Shown: positions 10,350 through 19,355 of the stretch, piece by piece
How the letters are laid out: each line of letters starts with the position of its first letter
Position numbering within the stretch: the first letter of the stretch is position 1
Source: Tolypothrix carrinoi HA7290-LM1
GTDB taxonomy: Bacteria > Cyanobacteriota > Cyanobacteriia > Cyanobacteriales > Nostocaceae
NCBI GenBank assembly: GCA_019358935.1
Contig: JAHHIK010000040.1
Location: 1-63,468, forward strand
Direction of reading: 5' to 3'
DNA length: 63,468 nt
Made by a program: the position numbers and the translations under genes
Notes under the pieces: model-generated
Databases searched by the model: none
What the model saw: the letters and a program-made list of their open reading frames with translations, nothing else
What the model was told of the DNA's origin: nothing

Positions 10350-10575
10350 GAAGATGAGTACAAGTTAAGTTTTCAGAAAATATTTTGCAGAAATGCTTAC
10401 TCAGCCTTACATTAAAGAAGCATCAGATTGAGTGCAGAAATACTTACTCCCCTACCCATAAATACTAGTACCCCTATCCTAAAATACTAGCACCCCTACC
10501 CCAAAGGAAATTTTAAATTTACCTTAAGTCGGGGTTTGGGGTTATGAGTACAAGCTTAATCAATTCAATAAATCC
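10350..10575 (+). promoter_or_regulatory. nifP upstream CnfR-type cis-element
   Basis: TGAGTACA 10355-10362, TGAGTGCA 10429-10436, TGAGTACA 10545-10552; tandem AAATACTAG(T/C)ACC at 10460 and 10482. Mirrors the nifB upstream region. Confidence 0.75.
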
Positions 10576-10661
10576 AATACGCATCGGATGCACTGCCCTA
10601 TTTAGAGTCGCCTGCTATAAGCATAAAAACAGCACACGGCTCTTTCACTGAGACAGTACTG

Positions 10662-11417
10662 ATGCAAGAATCTTTAGATAGAATTAGAAACTCAAGAAAA
10701 ACGCCGGATTTTGCGGATATTTTTCTCCGGAAAAATCTCCAAATAGCAGATTTTTTTGAGCCGATATTGAGTGATTTTCGCATTATCTTTGAGCGCGATC
10801 CGGCGGCACGTAATTGGCTGGAAGTGCTGTTTTGCTACCCAGGATTACATGCACTTTGTTTGCATCGTCTTGCTCACTGGTTGCACTGTCGCGGAGTAAG
10901 TTTCATTCCGCGTTTGATTTCACATTTTGGGCGGTTTTTCACCGGAATTGAAATTCACCCAGGTGCAAAGATTGGCAAAGGTGTATTTATCGACCACGGT
11001 ATGGGCGTTGTGATTGGCGAAACTGCCATTGTGGGAGATTATACGCTGATTTACCAAGATGTAACTCTTGGCGGAACTGGAAAAGAAGAAGGTAAACGCC
11101 ATCCCACTTTGGGCAAAAACGTTGTGGTGGGTGCGGGTGCGAAAATTTTAGGCAATATTCAAATTGGCGATCGCGTTCGTGTCGGCGCCGGTTCGGTTGT
11201 TTTACGCGATGTCTCCTCAGATTGTACCGTCGTAGGAATTCCCGGACGCACTATTTGCCGCAAAAAGGAAGAAAGTCTCTCCCCCTTAGAACATGGAAAG
11301 TTACCCGATGTCGAAGCATCGGTAATGCACACTTTGCTCTCTCGCATCGAGCAACTTGAAAAAGAATTGCAAATTCTCAAGAATCATCATCACAGCCAGT
11401 CAACAGTCAAGAGTTAG
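10662..11417 (+). CDS. cysE: Serine O-acetyltransferase (nif-associated NifP/CysE)
   Basis: [31 protein letters not shown] hexapeptide repeats. Confidence 0.93.
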   Translation: MQESLDRIRNSRKTPDFADIFLRKNLQIADFFEPILSDFRIIFERDPAARNWLEVLFCYPGLHALCLHRLAHWLHCRGVSFIPRLISHFGRFFTGIEIHPGAKIGKGVFIDHGMGVVIGETAIVGDYTLIYQDVTLGGTGKEEGKRHPTLGKNVVVGAGAKILGNIQIGDRVRVGAGSVVLRDVSSDCTVVGIPGRTICRKKEESLSPLEHGKLPDVEASVMHTLLSRIEQLEKELQILKNHHHSQSTVKS

Positions 11418-11521
11418 GAGAACGGAGTAGGAGTTAGAAGTTAATAGTCAATATTCTCCTTTTTATCCCCCTCCCCCCCTCTCCCCCTCTCCCCCTCCCC
11501 CCCTCTCCCCAATCCCTAACT

Positions 11522-11779
11522 ATGCCACCTTGTAGTAATTCCGATGCTTTAGGCGATCAGATTTTGCAAATTCCTTTATGCGATCGCTGGCGAATTCATC
11601 ACCGTTTACAAGAGTTAATGATTCCTTGTTCTTGTCCGGCTGATGGTTCTTTGCGGGTACAAGTAAATAGTTGTATAACAGCGATTCTTGTCCGTAGTAT
11701 CGTGATGCAATTTGTTGCTTCACGTCACGAGTTAGTTCACTGGTTAGAGCGTTGCTGGAATTACAGCGATAATTACTGA
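11522..11779 (+). CDS. Asr1405/Asl0597-like conserved protein
   Basis: DRW.I..RLQEL.IPC.C...L.V..RHELV.WLERCW motif; position between cysE and nifV. Confidence 0.75.
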   Translation: MPPCSNSDALGDQILQIPLCDRWRIHHRLQELMIPCSCPADGSLRVQVNSCITAILVRSIVMQFVASRHELVHWLERCWNYSDNY

Positions 11780-11947
11780 GTATCCGGACAATTTTAGCAG
11801 AAAATTAGCATACATTTCGCTGTTATTCAATCTGTTAAAAATGAACATTTTTCCACATATCCCAGTGATTAAAAAGGTGAAATTATCAAACTTGACTTTT
11901 AATTTCAAATTTTTAATTCTTTATTCGGTGAAGGAGTTGAATTTTCG

Positions 11948-12145
11948 ATGATGGTAGCTCGCAGCGATACAAAATTTATCAATTTTTTGCATCAAGAACT
12001 TTCGCTTACGACTGCCGATATCGCTGTAGCACTGCGACACCGGGAATTAGAAAGAGGTCCCTTACCAATGCTTCTTTGGCAGTATGGTTTAGTAGACCTA
12101 GAGCAACTAGAAAGAATTTTTGATTGGCTGGAAAACCAAATTTAG
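11948..12145 (+). CDS. DUF2949 family protein
   Basis: FL..EL.L....GPLPM.LWQYGLV.L.QL..IFDWLE. Confidence 0.8.
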   Translation: MMVARSDTKFINFLHQELSLTTADIAVALRHRELERGPLPMLLWQYGLVDLEQLERIFDWLENQI

Positions 12146-12538
12146 GGAACTTTCGCTCTTTAACTTATAGCCACCGGAATTGTCTACCCTAAATGCCGAA
12201 ATGAAAGGAACTACATGAGGATTTTGCGATGATTTTCACTTTCTTAGCTGGAAGCGCGCATCAAGTTTGTCCGGCAATTGCTAGTAGCTGTATTAGCTAC
12301 CTGCTGCTAGAACCAATAAAGTATCCTACGGAAAAGAATAATTTGTAATTTATACCCTTTTTTCGTTCTATCTCATACAGATGTGCTGTTGGTAATCGGT
12401 TAATAATTGAAAAATATGAAATGTGATATTTTTCAGCATTTACCGTCGAGCATAAACAGCCATTACCAGGAATTCTTTGAAAAGTAGCACCGCAATCAAC
12501 AAAGGGTATTAGGAAAGATTCCTAAGAGGATATTAGAT

Positions 12539-13672
12539 ATGAATCAAGTCATCATTAATGACACGACGCTGCGTGACGGTGAGCAAGCGGCAGGTGTTGC
12601 TTTCAATTTAGAAGAGAAAGTAGCGATCGCCAAATTTTTGGATGCAATGGGTGTTCAGGAATTAGAAGTCGGAATTCCGGCGATGGGCGAGGAAGAAATA
12701 CGCGCTATATCTATAATTAATAATATGGGTTTGCAAGCCAAACTATTAGGCTGGAACCGCGCTGTAATTTCAGATATTCAAGCTTCTATGGCTTGTGGTT
12801 TGCAACGAGTGCATATTTCGATTCCTGTCTCCGGAATTCAAATTGCCGCAAAATTTCACGGTCAATGGCGGGTAACTTTGCAACAATTGAGAGATTCTAT
12901 CAGCTTCGCGGTTGATAAAGGTCTTTGGGTTGCAGTCGGAGGTGAAGATTCATCTAGAGCCGATGATAACTTTCTTTTAGATGTCGCGCTTTATGCTCAA
13001 GAGTGGGGTGCATCTCGGTTTCGCTTCTGCGATACCGTCGGGGTTCTCGAACCATTCGGAACTTTCACCAAAGTAAAGCGATTGGTGAATGCTTTGATGA
13101 TTCCCGTGGAAATCCACACTCATAATGATTTTGGTTTAGCGACTGCTAATGCCTTATCGGGTATAAAAGCTGGTGCGTTATCAGTAAATACCACAGTCAA
13201 CGGCTTGGGTGAAAGAGCCGGAAATGCAGCTTTAGAAGAAGTTGTCATGGGGATGAAGCGCATCCATAATGTTGATTTGGGCATTGATACACCTCGTTTG
13301 TTGGAACTTTCCCGACTTGTGGCTTCAGCATCAGGTTGCAGCGTACCTCCTTGGAAAGCGATCGTTGGTGACAACACTTTTGCTCACGAATCCGGTATTC
13401 ACGCTCACGGTGTTATACAAAATCCTATCACCTACGAACCATTTGCCCCCGAAGAAGTAGGTTGGGAGCGACGTTTGGTTTTAGGTAAACATTCTGGTCG
13501 TCATTTGGTATCTAACTTACTTCAGCAGCACGGTATTAGCCTGAACTCAGAAGAAACAAAATCTGTCTTGGATGCAGTGCGACAGCAGTCAGTGCAGAAA
13601 AAACGCAGCCTGACTACACAAGAACTTTTAAATTTGGTCGAACAACAGAGGTATTCTCATGCAGCGGGATGA
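12539..13672 (+). CDS. nifV: Homocitrate synthase NifV
   Basis: DTTLRDGEQ, HTHNDFGLA, GLGERAGNA, HESGIH, LGKHSG. Confidence 0.95.
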   Translation: MNQVIINDTTLRDGEQAAGVAFNLEEKVAIAKFLDAMGVQELEVGIPAMGEEEIRAISIINNMGLQAKLLGWNRAVISDIQASMACGLQRVHISIPVSGIQIAAKFHGQWRVTLQQLRDSISFAVDKGLWVAVGGEDSSRADDNFLLDVALYAQEWGASRFRFCDTVGVLEPFGTFTKVKRLVNALMIPVEIHTHNDFGLATANALSGIKAGALSVNTTVNGLGERAGNAALEEVVMGMKRIHNVDLGIDTPRLLELSRLVASASGCSVPPWKAIVGDNTFAHESGIHAHGVIQNPITYEPFAPEEVGWERRLVLGKHSGRHLVSNLLQQHGISLNSEETKSVLDAVRQQSVQKKRSLTTQELLNLVEQQRYSHAAG

Positions 13673-13925
13673 ATTAGAACTGGATTTGCCACCAGTTTTT
13701 GAAATCGGTCAAAAAGTCCGACTTCGCAAGTTAATTAAAAATGATGGCACATTTCCCGGTCAAGAAATCGGGGCAGTTTTAGCTAAAAAGGGAGATATTG
13801 GCTACATCTCTAGTATTGGCACTTTTTTACAAAGTTCCTATATTTATGCGGTGCATTTTTTGGAAACAGGATTCATCGTCGGCTGTCGCAAAAAAGAATT
13901 AGAAGCTGTTGAGGAAACTACATGA
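13659..13925 (+). CDS. nifZ: Nitrogen fixation protein NifZ
   Basis: PP.FE.G.KVR....NDGTFPG...G..GTFLQ..YIYAVHF...GCR..EL. Confidence 0.93.
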   Translation: MQRDELELDLPPVFEIGQKVRLRKLIKNDGTFPGQEIGAVLAKKGDIGYISSIGTFLQSSYIYAVHFLETGFIVGCRKKELEAVEETT

Positions 13926-14125
13926 AAGTAATGCTGCGGAGAAATGACGCCGGAAATTTAATTGCCTACGTTGCTAAAAAAGACTTAGAAGAAGAAGTTG
14001 TTAAGCAAACAGCCGGCGACGACGGAATGATTTTTACTTTAGCTAACGGTTGGGAATTAGAATTTTCCAACTTGCCAGAACCGCTAAAATTACCACAAAC
14101 TTTTGAAGCCAAACGGCTGGCGTGA
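13922..14125 (+). CDS. nifT: Nitrogen fixation protein NifT/FixU
   Basis: MKVMLR..YVAKKDLEEEVV..LANGW..LP.T.EA. Confidence 0.93.
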   Translation: MKVMLRRNDAGNLIAYVAKKDLEEEVVKQTAGDDGMIFTLANGWELEFSNLPEPLKLPQTFEAKRLA

Positions 14126-14132
14126 AAAGAGT

Positions 14133-14545
14133 TAGTGGGTAGTGGGTAATGGGTAATGGGTAATGGGTAATGGGTAATGGGCAATGGGCAATGGGCAATG
14201 GGCAATGGGCAATGGGCAATGGGCAATGGGCAATGGGCAATGGGCAATGGGCAATGGGCAATGGGCTTTTGTTTAATGCGAGATTTTTTCCATGCCCTAT
14301 GCCCTATGCCCTATGCCCTATGACGGCAGATGCGTGACTGTCTGGCGACCGAACGCACTGCCTCCCCCATGCCCCATGCCCTATGACGGCAGATGCGTGA
14401 CTGTCTGGCGACCGAACGCACTGCCTCCCCCATGCCCCATGCCCCACTATCCACGCTCCAACTATCCACTATCAACCAACAAGCAACAACTATCCACGCT
14501 CCAACTATCCACTATCCACTATCAACTAACAACCAACAACCAATA
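14133..14545. repeat. STRR arrays (GGG(T/C)AAT)n and (ATGCCC(T/C))n with two ~60-bp tandem copies of a small dispersed repeat
   Basis: ~18 heptamers at 14137-14265; duplicated atgacggcagatgcgtgactgtctggcgaccgaacgcactgcctccccc at ~14320 and ~14383. Confidence 0.85.
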
Positions 14546-14552
14546 ATCAAAA

Positions 14553-15107
14553 ATGAGCGATAAATACCTGACGATATCAGAATTTAATTTGGAAGGAGAA
14601 TTACTCAGTTTTATTGGTGATAAACCAAGAAAACCTAAATATTTGCGTTTAGTAGTTTCCTCTGAAGAGGTAGAAATTAAAATTCCAAAAGAATTGCGTA
14701 CCTCTATTAGTGTATCTTTAGTACCAGGTGATAAAATTCGCGTTGTTGGTGTTAGTAAGTTAAACAAGGTGACAGGCGAACTTAAACTTAAGGCTGATGG
14801 TGTGTCTCGAAGTGGTGTTTGCCCAAAGCAAAATGCACCTGACCAAAAAGCACGGATTATGATATGTCAAAAATCCGGTTGCTTGAAGCGTGGTGGTAAA
14901 GGTTTGTTGTCAGAATTAGAACAAACTTTATGCGATCGCGGTTTGTTAGATCGAGTTACAATCGAACGTACCAGCTGCCAAAAACGTTGTAGCAGCGCAC
15001 CCAACTGTATTTTACAGGTAGGCAAGAAGCAATACAACAAAGTGCGCCCCGAAGCGATCGCCTCTCTGTTAGAAAATCACTTCACCTGCAAAAGCGATGA
15101 ATGTTAA
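14553..15107 (+). CDS. Thioredoxin-like (2Fe-2S) ferredoxin domain protein
   Basis: ICQKSGC..RGG and CQKRC..APN motifs; usual neighbour of nifVZT. Confidence 0.8.
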   Translation: MSDKYLTISEFNLEGELLSFIGDKPRKPKYLRLVVSSEEVEIKIPKELRTSISVSLVPGDKIRVVGVSKLNKVTGELKLKADGVSRSGVCPKQNAPDQKARIMICQKSGCLKRGGKGLLSELEQTLCDRGLLDRVTIERTSCQKRCSSAPNCILQVGKKQYNKVRPEAIASLLENHFTCKSDEC

Positions 15108-15897
15108 CAAAGTAGTAAGCACGCTTTGTGCTTACTACCTCAATCGCCAATCTAACTTGCGTCCCATCAACTTTGAAAGTAAGCAACGCAAACCCTACCA
15201 AAGCCACAATATCTACAATCAATTTTCCCGTTATTGGTGCGACTAAAGTTTGTCGTAACGCTGATGCCGCATAAGTAGCAGGACTGAGATATCCTAAAGT
15301 TAGCAAAAATTCCGGCAAGCGATCGCCTGGTATTATCACAGGACCGATAAACAGCATTACCATTGACAACAGCAAGCTGAAAGAACCGCTTTCATCAGGT
15401 GTCCGTGCATACACACCGATAGCAGCACCCAACCCTGCTAAAGGTAGCACGCATAGAGGAATTATTAATACAATCAAAGGATTAATCGCTAAAGTAATTT
15501 TCAGAAATAAAGTTCCAAAAATAACAGTTGCTATCAATGAAGGTAGTGATAGCAGGAAAAATGATAATATAGTAGCAACAATTAAAGCTTGACGGTTAAT
15601 CGGTAAGGTTGCATAATAATCTAAAGTTCCGGCAAAGCGCATATAAGTAAAACGGTTTGCCAAATTATTATGGTTACTAAACATTAGCGACATAATCAAA
15701 TTTCCTGTGAGGATGTACGCTAAAGAATTTTGTGCAGAACCTTGTGCCAAGCTGCCAAGGGCAACGATACTTAAAATTGGTGCTACCATACTTGTGAGAA
15801 CGGTAGACCGCCAAGACCAACGCCAATTTGTCAGTTCCATTAACAATAAATCCAGCAACTGTACAAAAAAAGTCGGCGGTTTACGGTTTGGTTGCAT
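15082..15897 (-). CDS. ABC-2 type exporter permease
   Basis: Six hydrophobic segments, GTLDYYATLP, LP.....SPATYA..ALR. Confidence 0.85.
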   Translation of the reverse strand: MQPNRKPPTFFVQLLDLLLMELTNWRWSWRSTVLTSMVAPILSIVALGSLAQGSAQNSLAYILTGNLIMSLMFSNHNNLANRFTYMRFAGTLDYYATLPINRQALIVATILSFFLLSLPSLIATVIFGTLFLKITLAINPLIVLIIPLCVLPLAGLGAAIGVYARTPDESGSFSLLLSMVMLFIGPVIIPGDRLPEFLLTLGYLSPATYAASALRQTLVAPITGKLIVDIVALVGFALLTFKVDGTQVRLAIEVVSTKRAYYFVNIHRFCR

Positions 15898-16790
15898 AAT
15901 GCAAATATAAATCTTCTAAAGTTGCCGAGTACAAGCGAAAATCATCTATTTGTTCTAAATTTAGATGATTAAGCGTTGATGTAACTTGCTGCCATTGCAA
16001 CAATACTTGCCAATGTCCGGGTTCAAGAGAGTGGTAAGTTAAATCAGATGGTAAAGTGGGAGGATTTTCTGGTGAAAAAAACAGTTCTAAGCGCAACATT
16101 CGGTCAACTTTAGCTTTAAGTTCACTCGGACGACCGACTGCAACCAGTTCTCCACAATGCATGATACCAACTCTTTGGATTGCTTTTTCTGCCTCAATCG
16201 CATCATGGGTAATTAAAATAATTGTAGTTCCTTTTTCAGTGTTAAGGCGGCGTAAAATATCCCATACTAACTTGCGGCGTTGAGGGTCTAAATCATTCGT
16301 CGGTTCATCTAAAATTAGCACGGGTGGAGAACCTGCGATCGCAGTAGCTAGTCGCTTTCATTCGCCATTGTCCACCAGAAAGCCGAGAACTCGGTTGATG
16401 ACGCAGGTATCCAATTTGCCATGTATCCAGTAATGCTTCACACTCTTTGCGGGCATCTTGGCGACTCATTCCCCGCAAATGAGCGGTAAAATAAAGTGCC
16501 TCGCTGACAGTAAGATTATTGAGGGCGCCGCTTTCTTGGGGCATGTAGCCCACATTCATTTGTACTAAATCACGCGCTTCAGTGATATTTTGTTGAAAAA
16601 AAGTGATGTTACCAAAATCACTTTTCAGCAAGTTTGCCATTTGACGCACCAGAGTACTTTTACCCGCACCGTTGTCACCCAAAATACCAAAGATTTCACC
16701 TTGATAAATTTGTAGCGAGATGTTTTTGTTCGCGGGTTGAGTTTGCCCTTGATAAGTTTTACATAAATTTTCGATTTCGTAGACTATCAC
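15881..16790 (-). pseudogene. ABC exporter ATP-binding protein split by a +1 frameshift
   Basis: Walker A GDNGAGKST and LSGGQ in ORF 16305-16790; Walker B ILDEPT in ORF 15881-16321. Removing one base near 16355-16360 restores SGGQWRM.RLATAIAGSPPVLILDEP. Confidence 0.8.
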
Positions 16791-16872
16791 GAGCCAATAA
16801 ATATGAGATTTTTGGGTGGAGACGAATTTCTCAAGAAAAAAGTGCCGAGTTTTCTCAGATGTATTGGCAACT

Positions 16873-16901
16873 TTGACAACAAAGAACGTTTGTACTAGTA
16901 T
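16873..16901 (+). promoter_or_regulatory. sigma70-type promoter with LexA-like box in the spacer
   Basis: TTGACA(16873-78)-N17-TAGTAT(16896-901); AGAACGTTTGTACT at 16883-16896. Confidence 0.55.
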
Positions 16902-17161
16902 AAAAATGAGTTGGTAAAAAGAGCGATCGCTTATTATAATTTGAACTGATATTTTGCACCATGATTAATAACACGCTTTTAATGTGTATTCTATTGAAAT
17001 GTAATAGAATCTCTTATCAATCTTATAAAAAATACTTTTCTTATAGCTATAAATGTATAACTTATGGCAGTTGTTGAAACTAGTGTAAAATGTGGATTTG
17101 AACGAAATCGCATATTCGCATACATTTATGGAAATCCTATTATCTTAGAGGTTAAAATATC

Positions 17162-18166
17162 ATGACAAATCAAAATCAATCTTGGAATCTTCACGAACGA
17201 TTGGAGAAGTATCCAGGATACAGAGGTATGCACGTCTCCACATTTGCGAATCGGCAAGTTGTCGAATACAATCCGAATGTTGCTATCAGCGATTTTGTTA
17301 ACACCGCATACGCCATTCGATGCGAATATGATGCTCAAGAAGATGCTACAGAGAAACTGGCAGAACTTTTACAAGATTCTCAAGCTAGTAAAATAGAAGC
17401 TTTAATTTTTGGAATGTGGCATGGAGAAATGTATGCTCATAGTTCTCAGCTTGTAGTTGATGCGCTAATTGCTGCCAAAGATAAACTAACTAATTTGAAA
17501 GCGCTATTTATCGGAGATATTTCTTACGATGAAAGTGAAATTTCTTGGATAATACAAAGTGACATCAGCCCTATTTTAGAAGCATATCCCAAATTAGAAG
17601 TATTGCAAATTCGCGGTGGTGATAGTTTAGAATTTAGCCCCTTTGTCAGACATGAAAATTTGAAAGCACTAATTATTGAAACTGGCGGTTTGAGTAGTGC
17701 AACCATTGCTCAAATTTGCGCTCTCGACTTGCCGAAATTACAGCATTTAGAATTATGGCTGGGTTCAGATAGTTATGGTGGAGATTCCACAATTGAAAAC
17801 TTAAATCCTATATTAGTTAATCCAGTATTTCCTAACTTGATTTATTTGGGATTGCGAAATAGCCAATATTCTGATGATATTGCCAAGCTTGTTATAAATT
17901 CACCTTTAATTAACTCAATTAAAATTCTCGATTTATCACTAGGAACTTTGAGTGATGCCGGCGCTGATGTATTGCTTAATTGTTTTGCTGTTCATCAACT
18001 TAATATTCTCAATATTTCCGAAAACTTCTTATCAAAAAAAATGATAGCATCTGTGCAAGTAAAACAGGATGATATGCAAGTTCGCATCATCACTGATGGA
18101 CAGAAAAAACCGGAAGAAGATTATGATGAGGATGATGCTTATCGTTATTGCTCTGTTGCCGAGTAA
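17162..18166 (+). CDS. STM4015-family leucine-rich-repeat-like protein
   Basis: LKALFIGD...E.SEISWI.QSD, L.HLELWLG...YG, L.YLGLRNS, LDLSLGTL.D.GA; acidic tail ending RYCSVAE. Confidence 0.8.
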   Translation: MTNQNQSWNLHERLEKYPGYRGMHVSTFANRQVVEYNPNVAISDFVNTAYAIRCEYDAQEDATEKLAELLQDSQASKIEALIFGMWHGEMYAHSSQLVVDALIAAKDKLTNLKALFIGDISYDESEISWIIQSDISPILEAYPKLEVLQIRGGDSLEFSPFVRHENLKALIIETGGLSSATIAQICALDLPKLQHLELWLGSDSYGGDSTIENLNPILVNPVFPNLIYLGLRNSQYSDDIAKLVINSPLINSIKILDLSLGTLSDAGADVLLNCFAVHQLNILNISENFLSKKMIASVQVKQDDMQVRIITDGQKKPEEDYDEDDAYRYCSVAE

Positions 18167-18171
18167 TATAA

Positions 18172-19296
18172 ATGCTGAACGTCATCATCGCTAACCCGGA
18201 AAATCGGCGGGTTAATTTCTTTCAACAAGCGCTTAAAAATCTCAATTTACCACCTGCAATTGTCGTAGCTTATGCAGATTTAATTGCAGGTAAAACTCTC
18301 GAACATTTCAATACACCCGATACTATCATCCGGTTTGATTCCCCTGAAAAAAACTTTGAAGTTGAGAAAGCCATCATTGCTGTTGGTGCTGAAATTGCCG
18401 CAGGTAAACATCAACAAATTAATTCTGTCGAAGCTGCAAAATTAATCTTTAATAAAGGACGTATTCTCTACCCTCGACAATGGTATTTAGGCTGGCGATA
18501 TTTACTTCAACAATGGGAAAAGCAACTCAAATGCTCAATTATGAATCATCCGCAAGACATTGCGACGATGTTTGATAAACCGTTGTGTCATGAAAAATTT
18601 AATCACAACAATATCTCTGTTCCGCGTTCTTTGGGTATGATTGAAAACTACGAGCATTTACGCGAACAGATGCAGCAGCAAAAGTTGGAGCGAGTATTTA
18701 TCAAGCTTTCCCACAGTTCGGCTGCCTCTGGAGTCGTTGCCTATCAAGCAAATTCGCGCTTTGAGTCTGCTATAACTACGGTGGAACGAGTGCAGAAAAA
18801 CGGGCAAACACTGCTTTACAACTCGCGTAAAATTCGTAACTATACAAAAAGAGAAGAAATTGCCGATATTATTAACATTTTAACATCTGAAGGCGTTCAA
18901 GTTGAAGAATGGCTTCCCAAAGCACGGTTGCAAGGATGCGGTTTTGATTTGCGTGTCGTGGTTATCAACGGTGAAGCGCAGCATATCGTTGTCAGGTTGG
19001 GAAAAAGTCCGATGACGAATTTACATCTTGGTAATGAAAGAGGAGATAGTGAGGAATTTTTAGCGAAAGTTAAAGTTGAAAATTGGCAGGTGATGAAGCA
19101 AAGTTGCGAAGCTGTAGCAGCGTTGTTTCCTAATAGTTTATATTGCGGTGTTGATTTGTTGATTTTACCTGATTGGAAAAATCATGTAATTTTGGAAGTT
19201 AATGCTTTTGGTGATTTGCTACCTGGGATTACTTGGAATGGAATGGATACTTATACTAGTGAAATCAAAGCGATTTTTTCTAGTTTTCTGTTTTAG
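18172..19296 (+). CDS. STM4014-family ATP-grasp-like protein
   Basis: NPENRRV, MFDK, FIK..H.S.ASGV, VEEW.PK, FDLRVVV, SPMTNLHLG, GVD...LEVNAFGDLLP. Confidence 0.8.
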   Translation: MLNVIIANPENRRVNFFQQALKNLNLPPAIVVAYADLIAGKTLEHFNTPDTIIRFDSPEKNFEVEKAIIAVGAEIAAGKHQQINSVEAAKLIFNKGRILYPRQWYLGWRYLLQQWEKQLKCSIMNHPQDIATMFDKPLCHEKFNHNNISVPRSLGMIENYEHLREQMQQQKLERVFIKLSHSSAASGVVAYQANSRFESAITTVERVQKNGQTLLYNSRKIRNYTKREEIADIINILTSEGVQVEEWLPKARLQGCGFDLRVVVINGEAQHIVVRLGKSPMTNLHLGNERGDSEEFLAKVKVENWQVMKQSCEAVAALFPNSLYCGVDLLILPDWKNHVILEVNAFGDLLPGITWNGMDTYTSEIKAIFSSFLF

Positions 19297-19355
19297 ATAG
19301 GGAATGAGAAAATGAGAATATGAGAGCGCTAAAGCGCTCACTACGAAATACTTTT

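Noticed and set aside
14292..14546. ORFs made of repeats (MPYALCP.., MPIAHCPL.. and similar at 3895-4083 and 56931-57382)
   Set aside because: Translations of STRR arrays in several frames; no evidence of real genes.
16961..17077. 38-aa Cys/Tyr-rich ORF (MINNTLLMC..YGSC) upstream of the STM-type cluster as a RiPP precursor
   Set aside because: No RBS, and its composition is what AT-rich non-coding DNA yields. Would need conservation in other clusters to be credible.
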